A DNA stretch of 64,000 nt from Octopus sinensis. Taxonomy: Eukaryota. Made by a program: the position numbers and the translations under genes. Below, piece by piece: positions 1 to 10,901 of the stretch. Position 1 is the stretch's first letter, and each line of letters starts with the position of its first letter. The notes beneath the pieces are model-generated. The model saw only the letters and a program-made list of their open reading frames with translations, did not search any database and was not told where the DNA came from. The DNA lies in NCBI RefSeq assembly GCF_006345805.1, contig NC_043001.1, forward strand, positions 69,626,001-69,690,000, written 5' to 3'.

Positions 1-921
1 CATTGATGATCAACTTTGTTCAGCTGAAGGTGAATAAATATTGGCAATCTATTTATCTGTAAATGTTATATAGAAAAATACATAATATGCTGGTATTAAT
101 ATATTCCATGATACCCATTTCACGCACATCTCCGTTGAAGAATATAGATAAATATATATACGGATACACATACAGATACACACGCAGAAGAAGTTAGTAT
201 TTATATTAGATACAGCTTTGAAGCCATTTTGAAGGTCGACTTCTATCTAGAATTGTCTATGGTGTTCTGGTATATTTTATTTGTATTTGTCGACTCCTTT
301 TGAAAGTAATATGAAAGTGTAGAGATACTGAACAGTCAGATATTGTATTTTCTTACTTCATCCCTAAGTCTTGGATTATCAACACCTGCAAATAAGAATA
401 TTTAATAAAAGACAAGGTTTTGAACCACGTATAATGATGATGAGATGACCGGGAAATATCTTGTTTATTAAACAATTTTCTTTTTAGTGGAATTCTAAAA
501 TAAATAATTGTAGAATAGTAGTTGCTGCAGGTGGTAGTGTTCGCGGTTGATGTAGGTAACGTAGGTAAAGTCGTAAATTGCTATATTCTTATTTCGCATC
601 CTGATGCCACCATCATCGTCGTCATTGTCATGATTGTCGTCGTCATCGTCACTGTCATCTTCCGCAGCTGTATCTACGACATAAAAGAAAGCCACTGAAA
701 TTATGTACAGTAATTTTTTCTCTTTCACATACAGAAGTAAAACAATTATCCAAATACTAGAACTCACAACCAAAATATCTACTGATTACTGAAGTAATTT
801 AGACTGACGAATTATTTGCATATAAATTAACAGAATGAGATAAAAATCCAAGGCTGTGAAAGATTTCGAACATTTATAAAGAGAAGGTCTTACAGCTGTT
901 GGCTAATCATTTTCTCACACC

Positions 922-957
922 GTCTCCGATGAAGGGATATATAAAATATCCCGGAAA
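922..957 (+). ncRNA. Partial hammerhead ribozyme motif (5' part); the matching 3' part lies inverted just upstream
   Basis: gtct-CCGATGA-agggatat/ataaa/atatcccg-GAAA, then interrupted. 887-900 (gtcttacagctgtt) is the reverse complement of the expected continuation AACAGCTGTAAGAC. Same family as 35535-35582. Confidence 0.6.
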
Positions 958-1576
958 TTAATTCTTGAGAACAATTCTTTAGTGGTGGATTTCCTTCGTG
1001 GATTTATATCTAGCGTTAGAGTGACCACATGTGGACTCTCTCTCATTACTTGTATTAATAATTTTTACTGTATCCCAGTCTTTATACGCTAGGCCACTTG
1101 GTGTTTTAAATTGATGTTATTAATTAATATTCAATTTTTTTCACCCTTATCATGATTTTAATTATAAATTAATATGTTCTCAAACCGGCAGTAAATTACT
1201 GGGGTAGTATTTACATCCGCGTTTTTTTAACTCGTAAGAATGAGGATATTTGAACATAACTGCAGATATAATCGGCTGCGCCATTCGCTTTTCTTCGACT
1301 AAGTGTGGATGTTGGCGTTTGACTCAGCAAATTATTATTTTTTTCATATACTCTACTGACGATCCCAAAATGATTATGTAAGTAAAATTACACAATCTAT
1401 TAACGGTGAAACAATTGTATAGAGTTAATCTATTTTTTCGTTAATTTTCATTTGTCCTGCTCGCTTACATTCTTGGCGCGTTGAATTAATTCTTGAGAAC
1501 AATTCTTTAGTGGTGGATTCCCCTCGTGGATCTATATCCAGCGTTAGAGTGACCGCATGTGGACTCTCTCCCATTA

Positions 1577-1579
<3 letters not shown>
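956..1579 (+). mobile_element. Terminally redundant non-coding element containing one hammerhead motif (Penelope pLTR / retrozyme-like)
   Basis: About 96-bp direct repeats at 956-1051 and 1484-1579 (period 528 nt) enclose the hammerhead at 1350-1425; followed directly by (TA)n. Confidence 0.6.
1350..1425 (+). ncRNA. Type I minimal hammerhead ribozyme motif
   Basis: Stem I actcta/tagagt (6 bp), CTGACGA 1356-1362, long weak stem II, GAAA 1408-1411, palindromic stem III CAATTG, GTA cleavage triplet. Confidence 0.75.
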
Positions 1580-1673
<94 letters not shown>

Positions 1674-2029
1674 CAATAATTAAGGGTTTAACAAGTTGCT
1701 TCACACCACATACCGAAAATGTGGTGAAGCAACGTGTTGCTAACCCCTTAATCATTGTTATAATTATATAAAAACAAACAAAAAACTTCTTGTATAAGTT
1801 TTTACTGAATATGGTTCTTTTCCATACCGAAAATATATGGTACATGTTTTTTATGATTTTATATATATATATATGCATGCTAATAAATGACCTACATTGG
1901 ACTCCTCATTCGCATAATCACCGAACATGGTGCTTAACTATAGTATGCCAATAGCACTTACTCACCATTACCTGACACCTTTGGATCTTCTTGACGCCAT
2001 TACCTCTCATAACGTGTATATATATATAC

Positions 2030-2080
<51 letters not shown>

Positions 2081-2087
2081 CTATATA

Positions 2088-2137
<50 letters not shown>

Positions 2138-2160
2138 AATATATATATATACATATATAC

Positions 2161-2209
<49 letters not shown>

Positions 2210-2282
2210 GTATATATATATGTATTATTATATATTATATATATAATATATATATATATAATATATATATATATTATATATA
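1579..2282. repeat. (TA)n microsatellite tracts with short interspersed hairpin sequence
   Basis: Direct reading: (TA)n at 1579-1671 and an imperfect tract at about 2017-2282. These produce the YIYI ORFs. Confidence 0.95.
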
Positions 2283-2773
2283 AAACTGAAATATGTTTGA
2301 AAAAGAAAATAGAAACTAGACGCGGAAAATATATGGGAAGAGTAGGAAAAAAAAATCCGAAAATGCACATTCGATATCAAAAAAATAAACGTTTTTTTTA
2401 TGAAACGTAACGATACATATTTACAATTAGATGAACTCAGGTAGAATTAAGAGGATTAATAATTTTTATTCCTCTTAATTCTACCTCAGTTGATCTAATG
2501 ATATATATATCCCTTTTTGATTTTATATTGCGTATAACTTCATTATTTTATAACCTTCACATCAGCATTTTGCCGCACATTAGCTATCTTTCTCTCCATC
2601 AAATTGAAGTTGCCCGAATAAGTGCACGCTGTAAAATGCTTCAGGTGTCGAAATGATCGCAGAGCAAGGTAATATGTTAGGATCTCAAGAACACAATGCA
2701 CCACCCGGTATATCTATATGCAAAGGAAAAAGAAGAAATAAGAGTTTATTATCGGCAACAAATCAATCATTAT

Positions 2774-2853
2774 CCCTTACAGCTGTTTCAATTATATACA
2801 TTGAAATCAATTAGATATTATATTCATATATGTGAGCACAATCTCTTCAGAGG
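2774..2853 (-). ncRNA. Type I hammerhead ribozyme motif
   Basis: Minus strand: cct-CTGAAGA-gattgt...ataatt-GAAA-CAGCTG-TA-agg. Confidence 0.72.
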
Positions 2854-2903
2854 TTAAAAATATACCCTTAGATGTTATACATAACATCTAAAGGTATATT
2901 GCT

Positions 2904-2984
2904 CCCTCTGAGGAGATTATGCTCAGAAATATTAATTCAATATTTAACTAATTTCAGAGTTTATAATTGTAACAGCTGTAACGG
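2904..2984 (+). ncRNA. Degenerate hammerhead motif (GAAA mutated to GTAA)
   Basis: ccct-CTGAGGA-gattat...ataatt-GTAA-CAGCTG-TA-acgg; mirror copy of 2774-2853. Confidence 0.6.
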
Positions 2985-3215
2985 ATATTGATTGAATAGT
3001 TGCTAATAATGAACTTTTTTCTAAATCTGCATTTTCTTCTTTCTCCTTTGCATGAGTATAAACTAGGCTTTATATACAAACCTATCATTTTCTGGAAATC
3101 AATTCCCTCAAATATATTAGTCATTGAACCAGTATTTCCTTGGATGACACCATCCCTTCATGGAACTAACATAACCTCCAACTGAGTTACATACATATAT
3201 AATATATATATATAT

Positions 3216-3259
<44 letters not shown>

Positions 3260-3377
3260 TAATATATATATATACCGGAGTTAACACATAAATGTGAAAC
3301 AAGGTGGAAAAAAGAGTACTCAAATACCAGTGGTAGAGTAATATGCTTTATTTAAGCAGCAGAAAATTCAACAAAAC

Positions 3378-3414
3378 CTGTTACTCTGAGTTTCACGTTG
3401 CCGTTCGTCGGACA
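3378..3414 (-). ncRNA. Compact hammerhead motif with CCGACGA core
   Basis: Minus strand: tgt-CCGACGA-acg-GCAA-cgt-GAAA-ctc-a-gag-TA-aca; stem II closed by a GNRA tetraloop. The host repeat (3273-3414) recurs at 47401-47545. Confidence 0.72.
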
Positions 3415-3459
3415 TTTTTTTACTCAAAGTTTTGTTGAATTTTCTGCTGCTTTATAAAG

Positions 3460-3493
<34 letters not shown>

Positions 3494-3554
3494 AATGGAA
3501 TATATGTGGAATCCTTGGTACAGTTAGGTATATTCGAAAAAGGAAAAGAATAAC

Positions 3555-4515
3555 TTCACGGGTAGTTCTAATCGGTTTAATTTTCTAATATAATTTTAAA
3601 CTCTGAAATTTAGATCTTGTACATTCCTTGTTAACGTCGGTTGGGGCATTTTTTGAAGATTCATTGTTAACTTTTCTGCAGAACTTTCTCGCATTCGTCG
3701 GTGGCGATTGTCAAACAGATCTCAGGTTGTGTTATGCTGTGTGATTCTCAATACAGAAGATTTTGGTGTGACTGGGGTGGGATTGGGGTTTGTTCATAAA
3801 CATTGGAGTGAAAGAGTGCCGACAAACAAGAGCAGAAAGAAAAGAGGGAATGGTAAAAACAAGATAATCGATTGACGGTGGAAGTGCGAGGTGGTGAGGT
3901 GTCTAAACATTCCAAAGCTAAACTTATATTTTTTCTCTCTGCTATCACCCCCTTTTTATCAAAATACATGTACATTACATATCATTAACACTCCCTACCG
4001 ACAAACACCTAAACTCATCTTTAACATAGGAGATTATTGAAGCTTCTCTTTGTGAAATTAAGTGAATTTGAAAAACATCTGACCATTATATTTTTCACCA
4101 AAGTTCAACTATTCAAAAGGAACTAGCTGGATGGTACTTTCACTAGCCCTTCATAAAACACTCCTTAAACACCACACCACCTCCCAACTCCATCCTCAAT
4201 CAATTATTTCATTTTTACCATTCACTATTTTCTTTCAGCTCTTGTTCATCAACACTCTTTCCCTTCCACACTTATCAACAAACTCCAGACCCACCCCAGA
4301 CCCACCCAAATCTCTTACATATAGAATCACACAGTAAACACAACCTGATATCAGTTTGGCAATCGTCACCGACGAATGAGAGAAAGTTCTGCTGAAAAGT
4401 AAATTAGGTGTCTTTAAAAATTCTCCCCACTGAAGTGAACAAATAACTTCCTAGGTCTAAAAACCAAGTTGTAAAATTATATTATTAGAAAATTAAATCT
4501 AATAGATCTACCAGT
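3555..4515. repeat. Long diverged inverted repeat (arms about 350 bp, spacer about 250 bp)
   Basis: 3555-3910 is the reverse complement of 4160-4515; for example ctttctcgcattcgtcggtggcgattgtcaaac versus gtttggcaatcgtcaccgacgaatgagagaaag. Confidence 0.8.
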
Positions 4516-4546
4516 GAAAAGTGGAATCATTATATATATATATATA

Positions 4547-4859
4547 TCACCGTGATCACCGTGACCGACCAGGCTATCAGATGTTGTTACACATCGCTGG
4601 TCACAATGCGCCTCGCATTGTTTTAGCCTTCAAATGATGCCACCCCGCTGGCTAAGCGAGCACACCAACAGTAGAAAGAGTGAGAGAAAGTTGTGGCGAA
4701 AGAGTACAGTAGGGATCGCCACCACCACCCTGCCGGAGCCTCGTGGAGCTTTAGGTGTTTTCGCTCAATAAACACACAAAACGCCCGGTCTGGGAATCGA
4801 AACCGCGATCCTACGACCGCGAGTCCGCTGCCCTAACCACTAGGCCATTGTGCCTCCAC
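4547..4859 (-). mobile_element. tRNA-derived SINE
   Basis: Minus-strand head with A box (tggcctagtgg) and B-box-like ggtttcgattcc, tRNA-unrelated body, short tandem tail (tcacggtga)2, flanked by (CA)n and (TA)n. Confidence 0.85.
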
Positions 4860-4864
4860 ACACA

Positions 4865-4912
<48 letters not shown>

Positions 4913-5085
4913 TATATATAATATATATATATATATATATACATATATATATTATATTAAATTAGAGATAAAACCACTATTAGGCAAATCAATGAAAAAC
5001 TTAAGCCAATACATAAAATTAATTAATTTATATTATTTTAAATATATATCAAAATTATTAAAAGTTTAATAAAAGATAATGAGTA

Positions 5086-5160
5086 AAACACTACGATCGT
5101 TTCATGACTGTCCAATTCGTAATAATTCGAGTTATGGTTACAGTCAATCTTCAGGTGATT
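5086..5160 (-). ncRNA. Type I hammerhead ribozyme motif
   Basis: Minus strand: cac-CTGAAGA-t-tgactgt...acagtca-t-GAAA-CGATCG-TA-gtg; 7-bp stem II and palindromic stem III. Confidence 0.8.
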
Positions 5161-5212
5161 GAAATATTTATCTTAGCTAAGATTGACTGTAACCATAAAT
5201 ATAACTGTAACC

Positions 5213-5578
5213 GCAAATATGCGTCACGATGTGTTACCGCAACTGTTTATAACTCGCTCTGAGATTTATCATTGTTTGATTTCACTTTTTCAATATCAGT
5301 GTCAATCGACACTGGAAAAAGTATATGTATTTATGAGGGAAACTGAATTCTCGTCGACAACTATGATTGTCACACGCTGATGATAGGTAAACACCTTGAA
5401 ACTCGAGTCCGTGTCTATCATAAGTTGAAGACGGGAAGGATGACTTCCCTTCACAAATACTGATAGGGCACAGATAGTGTGTCTATAGCCAGCGGGAGGA
5501 GATATCTTCCAGGGCTACAAACTACAGTAGCATCCACCCTTAGGGGTTAGCCATATTCAAATGGCAAATATGCGTCAC
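5213..5578 (+). mobile_element. Small element with 15-bp terminal direct repeat and internal hammerhead
   Basis: gcaaatatgcgtcac at 5213-5227 and 5564-5578; hammerhead at 5372-5414; ends at (TA)n. Confidence 0.6.
5372..5414 (+). ncRNA. Type I hammerhead ribozyme motif, best-preserved in the window
   Basis: acacg-CTGATGA-t-aggt-aaac-acct-t-GAAA-CTCGAG-TC-cgtgt; GTC triplet; stem I extendable by tatgat/atcata. Confidence 0.85.
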
Positions 5579-5624
5579 TATATATATATATATATATATG
5601 TATGTATATATATGTATATATATG

Positions 5625-5738
<114 letters not shown>

Positions 5739-5759
5739 GGCAAGACTTGAAAACATGTA

Positions 5760-7105
5760 GAAAAAAGTGGAAGAGGTACAGTGAACTGGCTATGAGGAGT
5801 AGAATATCCATCGTTTCAGATTCAATAGTTCGTCAGTGTGGGGGGGGGGCAGAGAAAAAGAGAAGATAACGAGAAAAAAAGTTAAACAGTTTACATCCTC
5901 TCAGCTTGAAAATCTGGCTACAACTGATAACAAACGCTGTGTAACACAGGCTGCTAACGTGAAACAGAAGTTATAGGAGAGGTCGTGCAGAAAGGGATAG
6001 GAAAAGGATGGTGGTGAGAGTAGAAATAAGTAAATACGGGAATGTTGCCGAGAGGGGGTGATTAAAAAGTGTAAAAAAAGAATTAAGAGGAGATGAAAAG
6101 ATGACAGGAAAAGCGTTCATCCATATATGTTGGGGGAATAGTGCCAACATCAAATATGAGACGTTGCTCCTTTCATTTCCTAGAGAAGGGGGGTGTCCGT
6201 GTTGCATGGCCTGTCTCACACTGATAAATCTGCAATAGAATGATTCAGCGTTGTAGTGGGTGGCGAAAGGTTGGCCTGGCATATGTAGTATTATGCTTCT
6301 GATGTGTTCGCGAAAGTGATCCCCAAGGTATCGCCCTGTTTCTCTAATGTAAAGAGCACCGCTGAGTTTGCATATGATGTGAGATTCGCTGAAGTGCAAC
6401 AGAAGTGGTGTGTTATGTAATATTGCTTCTTGGTCTCCCTGATGGTGGTAATGTTTTTGATGTAGGGATATGTATTGCATCGTCGGCGAGAACATTAAAA
6501 GGTTTCTGGTTGTGCAGAGCTGGGAGCGGTGAAGCTACTAACAAGGAAATTTCTAAGACTTCTATCTCTTTTAAAAGACAGGAGAGCCGGTGTCGAAAAG
6601 ATAAGTGTGGTTGTTGGATCAGAAAGACGAATGCGAAAGTTGTGGGTGAGTTCGTACTTAAGAGGGAAGATGGACGGGTGATAGGTGAGAGAGAGTAGAA
6701 TACGGTCGGTGGAAGTGCGTGAAGATAGTAGGATAGCAGCGGTTCGGTTGATGGCTCCGGCTCGGTGGAGTGCCGGGCCGACAACTGATGTAGGATACCC
6801 TAGATTTAGGAAAAAACTTGTCGCTTCGTTTTGTAATTGGATTGCAAATCTGAATTGATGTTGGAAAGTCGTCGAAGACGCAGAGATTGAGAGAAAGGTA
6901 TGGCAGATTTAATGTGTTTGGGGTGAGAGGAACAGTAGCGGAATTAGAAACTGCAGTCAGTAGGTTTATAGTAGACTGAGGCGGAGAGTGGAGGTATTAT
7001 ATATTTTGAAGGAGATGTCCAGAAAGCAAACAGAAGTATCAGATATGGTGTGGGTAAATTCCAAGGGTGGGTGAAAGGTGTTAACAAATGAAATAAAATC
7101 ATCCT
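5760..7105 (-). mobile_element. Decayed 5'-truncated Penelope-like element (RT C-terminus, GIY-YIG endonuclease, 3' region with degenerate hammerhead)
   Basis: Minus-strand translation near 7100 gives FISFVNTFHPPLEFTHTISDTSVCFLDI (PLE RT thumb). Near 6400-6300 it gives CTSANL and GALYIRETGRYLGDHFREHIRSI...PFATHYN (GIY-YIG). Degenerate CTGACGA...GAAAC at 5808-5840. Confidence 0.85.
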
Positions 7106-7134
7106 TTTCCTTCTTTCTGCACGCCCCTCCTATA

Positions 7135-7393
7135 ACTTCTGTTCCAGTTGTGGCAAAATGATATTAGAATCTTTAACAGGCTTTAACGGGCTTCAGGATG
7201 GAAAGCAAAGGAGAAAAGCAGCTGCAATACACCAACTGCACTGATGTGTAATCGTTCATACTTGCAGAATGTGTGGGCTTTTCTGCAAATCGTTGGCGGG
7301 ACTTAAATGTCACGTTTGACATAAGCATGCTTACTGACAAAGAAAGAGTAGGTTGTCGGATCCTCATACGTCGAAACCGACGGGAGAGTCCAT
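7135..7393 (+). mobile_element. 3' fragment of an RTE-clade LINE
   Basis: From 7260: TCRMCGLFCKSLAGLKCHV*H, matching the C-terminal C2H2-like motif of RTE ORFs; short 3' UTR ending in (TA)n. Confidence 0.65.
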
Positions 7394-7820
7394 TATATAT
7401 ATATATATATATGTATGTATGTGTGTGTGTGTGTGTGTGTATGAACTAAACATATGTGTGATATTTAACGGACTTACCAAACGATATATCGGTAGATACT
7501 ACATAGTAGTACCATTATTTCCTGCTTCGTTAATTTTGTCAAAATGCTACACTGCTACAGTGACCACAATTGGAAATAATTCAGTTTTATCAGGTTTTAA
7601 ACGCTGAGAATCCGTCTGTGAAAATTGTGTTTCTACAGAAAAAAATCTACTGAAAATAAATATAAATACAAAAATACAGTTTCTTCTAACTTTATGGAAT
7701 ACGATTATTGAGGTCTACATTCGTATATTTCATAACAAGTATACATCCATATACTCATACATATTACGACAGAAGAATAAAATAAAATATACACACACAC
7801 ACATATATATGTATTTGTTA

Positions 7821-8237
7821 TTCTTTTATTCTTTTATTTGTTTCAATCATTTGACTGCAGCCATACTGGAGCACTGCCTTGAAGGGTTCTAGTGGAACAA
7901 ATCGACTCCAGGGTTTCTTCTTTAATTTTAATTGCTATACTATCGGTCTCTTTTCTGAAACGCTAGATTACGGTGTCATAAAAACAACAACACGATTTCT
8001 CAAGAGATGATGGAGGGACAAACACAGACGCAATGACACACAAACATATACACATATGACATACAAACATATACACTACGGCCTTCTTTCGGTTTCCGTC
8101 GTCGAAATCCACTCACAAGGCTTTGGTCAGTCCAAGATTATAGCAGATGACATTTGCCCTAGGTTTCACGCAGGGAGATTGAACCCGGAAACATGTGGTT
8201 TTGAAGCACGCTTCTTACCACACAGCCACCCCTGCAT
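7821..8237 (-). mobile_element. tRNA-derived SINE with internal (CA)n, diverged copy of the 34410 family
   Basis: Shares tttcaatcatttgactgcagccatactggagcactgcc and aaatccactcacaaggc with 34410-34840. Confidence 0.8.
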
Positions 8238-8456
8238 ACACGCAAATACATATATATTTCGTGTGTGTGTGTGTGTGGTGTGTGTGTGTGTATGTGTGTG
8301 TGTGTGTGTGTGTGCGTATGTGTGCGTGTGTATGTGTGTAAATATATATAGACATAAATATATATATATATATGCATGCATGCATATTTAGAAGTATACA
8401 CACACAGATATATAGATAGACAGGTAGATAAATACATAGATAGACAGACAGACAGT

Positions 8457-8512
<56 letters not shown>

Positions 8513-9809
8513 GATAGATAGATAGATAGATAGATAGATGTAAATATGTATATAATTATGCAATTTATTTTAGCAGTGGAACATTGGCATGCATGGGAAT
8601 TTCGGATAATTCCTTTTTTGGCCGAATGCAAAACTTGCACAGCAAATGCACATTGGACATTTCTCTATTATCTATACTATTAAGATCAAATTTTATCGGA
8701 TGCTAGCGGCTTAGATATGGCTTTATATAGCAAATACAGAGTTTTCGTCGGTATTTCTTTGCTAATCTTTTGTATTTCTGAATCATTTCATATGCTTCCT
8801 TGTAAATTATTCTCTATTATAAATTGCTTCATAATATACACGTCTCTTTCGTGGAATATGAATGAGATTTGCAAGTTGAAGAATATAAACAATTCTCTAC
8901 ATAACACTTTGTTTAGCAGTTCAGTTTCTAATATAGGAATCGTTATATAACAACGAAATATTGGATTGTTTGACAAAACATATATCAATGAATCTAAAGC
9001 TACGAAGGAGAGTTGTTTTCACTAGGCTCGAGCTGTTATCAATTGCAGCTTTAATTCACAAACTAACGTCTTAAAATACTAATTCCTTTCGAAAATGAAG
9101 TGTTGAACATGTATACTAAGACTGAATATTGAAGTCTGGTTCATCGTTAACCATAGATGTCTTTGATAAAATCTGACCAGGAAGTAGACAAAACTAACAA
9201 ACCCAGCAAATATATACAACATTGGACATGCTAATTATCCACAAACAGACCTCGGTTCTATTTTTATAAATTAAGTAAAGGAATCATATATGATAGCGGA
9301 TCTTAAAACCAGCGTGAAAACTATTTTCCTCTTTGTAGCCAACAGAAAATGGAAAAAATAAAAACACAAACACAAAAGAAAAATAAATAAAAACATTCAG
9401 AATCTCTTCGATCAGAAACTACAAATGTTGAAAGAATGTTTAATGTATAGATTTAATGTACACAACACTTTAGTTATGAAGGAATATTTTCTATTAATCG
9501 CACATCTAACACCTAATATTATTGTGTTGTTTCCGATTGAGAGAATCATTAGAATGCAGAGACATCCCTTGTATTATTCGTTCCTGAATAGTAAGCCGCA
9601 AATCATATCGAGGTTAATTTGACTTTCATCCTTTCCGGGGTTCATACTATGAAATATTTCTCAAGTAATGAAGTCGATGTAATCAAATGCCCTCTCACTC
9701 TCTCCTTTGCTCTCTCTACCTTTCTCTCTTTCTTTCTTTCTCTCTCCCTCTCTCTCTCTCTCTCCCTCTCTCTCTCTGAAATATCCTGGCACTGCACTTC
9801 GCCATTATT

Positions 9810-10190
9810 GGCCGGTAGGTTGACAGATGCGCTAGGTCATCGGACAAAATACGTTACTGAATTTAGTTACGCCACACACTATCCAAATACAAATTTGAAG
9901 TACATGGTCGACTTGGACTTGTAATGTTCGGGATCGATATACTGAAGTGCCATACTAGTACTGAAATCTATGAAATGAATTAAACCTCTCATAACTCACC
10001 CTAAATATTTGAACTACTACACAAACAAATTGCGATGGAATAACATAGTCCCGGAAGCGTCAGATAAAATATTTTCCGTTATTTCTTCTGTTTCATTACA
10101 ATTTTGAGTTCGAATTCAACTGCGGTCTACTTTCATTCTCATCCCACCAGTCAATAATATTGGGTTACTAGTGAAGTACTGGAATGTACT
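9810..10190 (+). mobile_element. Two old SINE remnants of the 37317 family
   Basis: Degenerate matches to ttctgagttcaaattc...gtcgactttgcctttcatcc...agtacc. Confidence 0.5.
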
Positions 10191-10901
10191 ATATACGGCT
10201 AAAGCTATTATAATCTAGACTCTTCTCTGCCTGCTCATCCTTATCCCCATAATCACTAGAGCCATCTCCTCATATCTTTCCACATATGCGGCCTGTATAC
10301 ATATTCTCAAGTCTTAGAATCAAAAGTGGAACGCTCATCCACTGGTTTGTGTACTAAACCAAAGAGATCCACCCATTGTATTAATGCTTAATCTCTCCAG
10401 ATAGCGTATTACATAATTTTCAAGGCAGATGTATATTGCATAGGAATTTTATAGATCAGCAATTTATTTCTGTGTAAAACATGCATCTTTGCCCGACTTC
10501 CAGAGAATGTAATCATAACTCAGTGTAAAAACGCGATGTCAACTCCTGTTTCAAAGTTTCTGTTATAGTATCACCAAATAAGAGGGTAATCTTATACTTC
10601 GTAAATTTCAGTACTTATGTAGTATTTTCTACAAAACTTGATGTCTTCATTCATTTGCAACAAAACCTTGTCTGATGTATATTGCAAGAAAGATATTCAG
10701 TCAATTCAACACATGTATTTTTTACTACTTATCCTAACACAGCACTTCATGTGACTCTTAGCGTGAAAACAAGTCTTGCAGGAATTTCTTCTTCACCTTT
10801 CGTCTTCAATTTATTGAAACGTTCACAAATGATAGCTTCACCTAACTAAAAGATTATTTCTAGTCTTGTACCGAAATCTTAAAGTCTGCTCTATTTCGTT
10901 A

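Larger units (their letters stand above)
2761..2995. mobile_element. Fold-back element with a hammerhead motif on each arm
   Basis: Imperfect palindrome centred on gatgttat-ac-ataacatc (about 2880); the arms carry motifs at 2774-2853 (-) and 2904-2984 (+). Confidence 0.75.

Noticed and set aside
4780-4859. tRNA gene (also 34760-34840 and 37317-37405)
   Set aside because: A and B boxes run directly into SINE bodies, with no proper acceptor stem or terminator.
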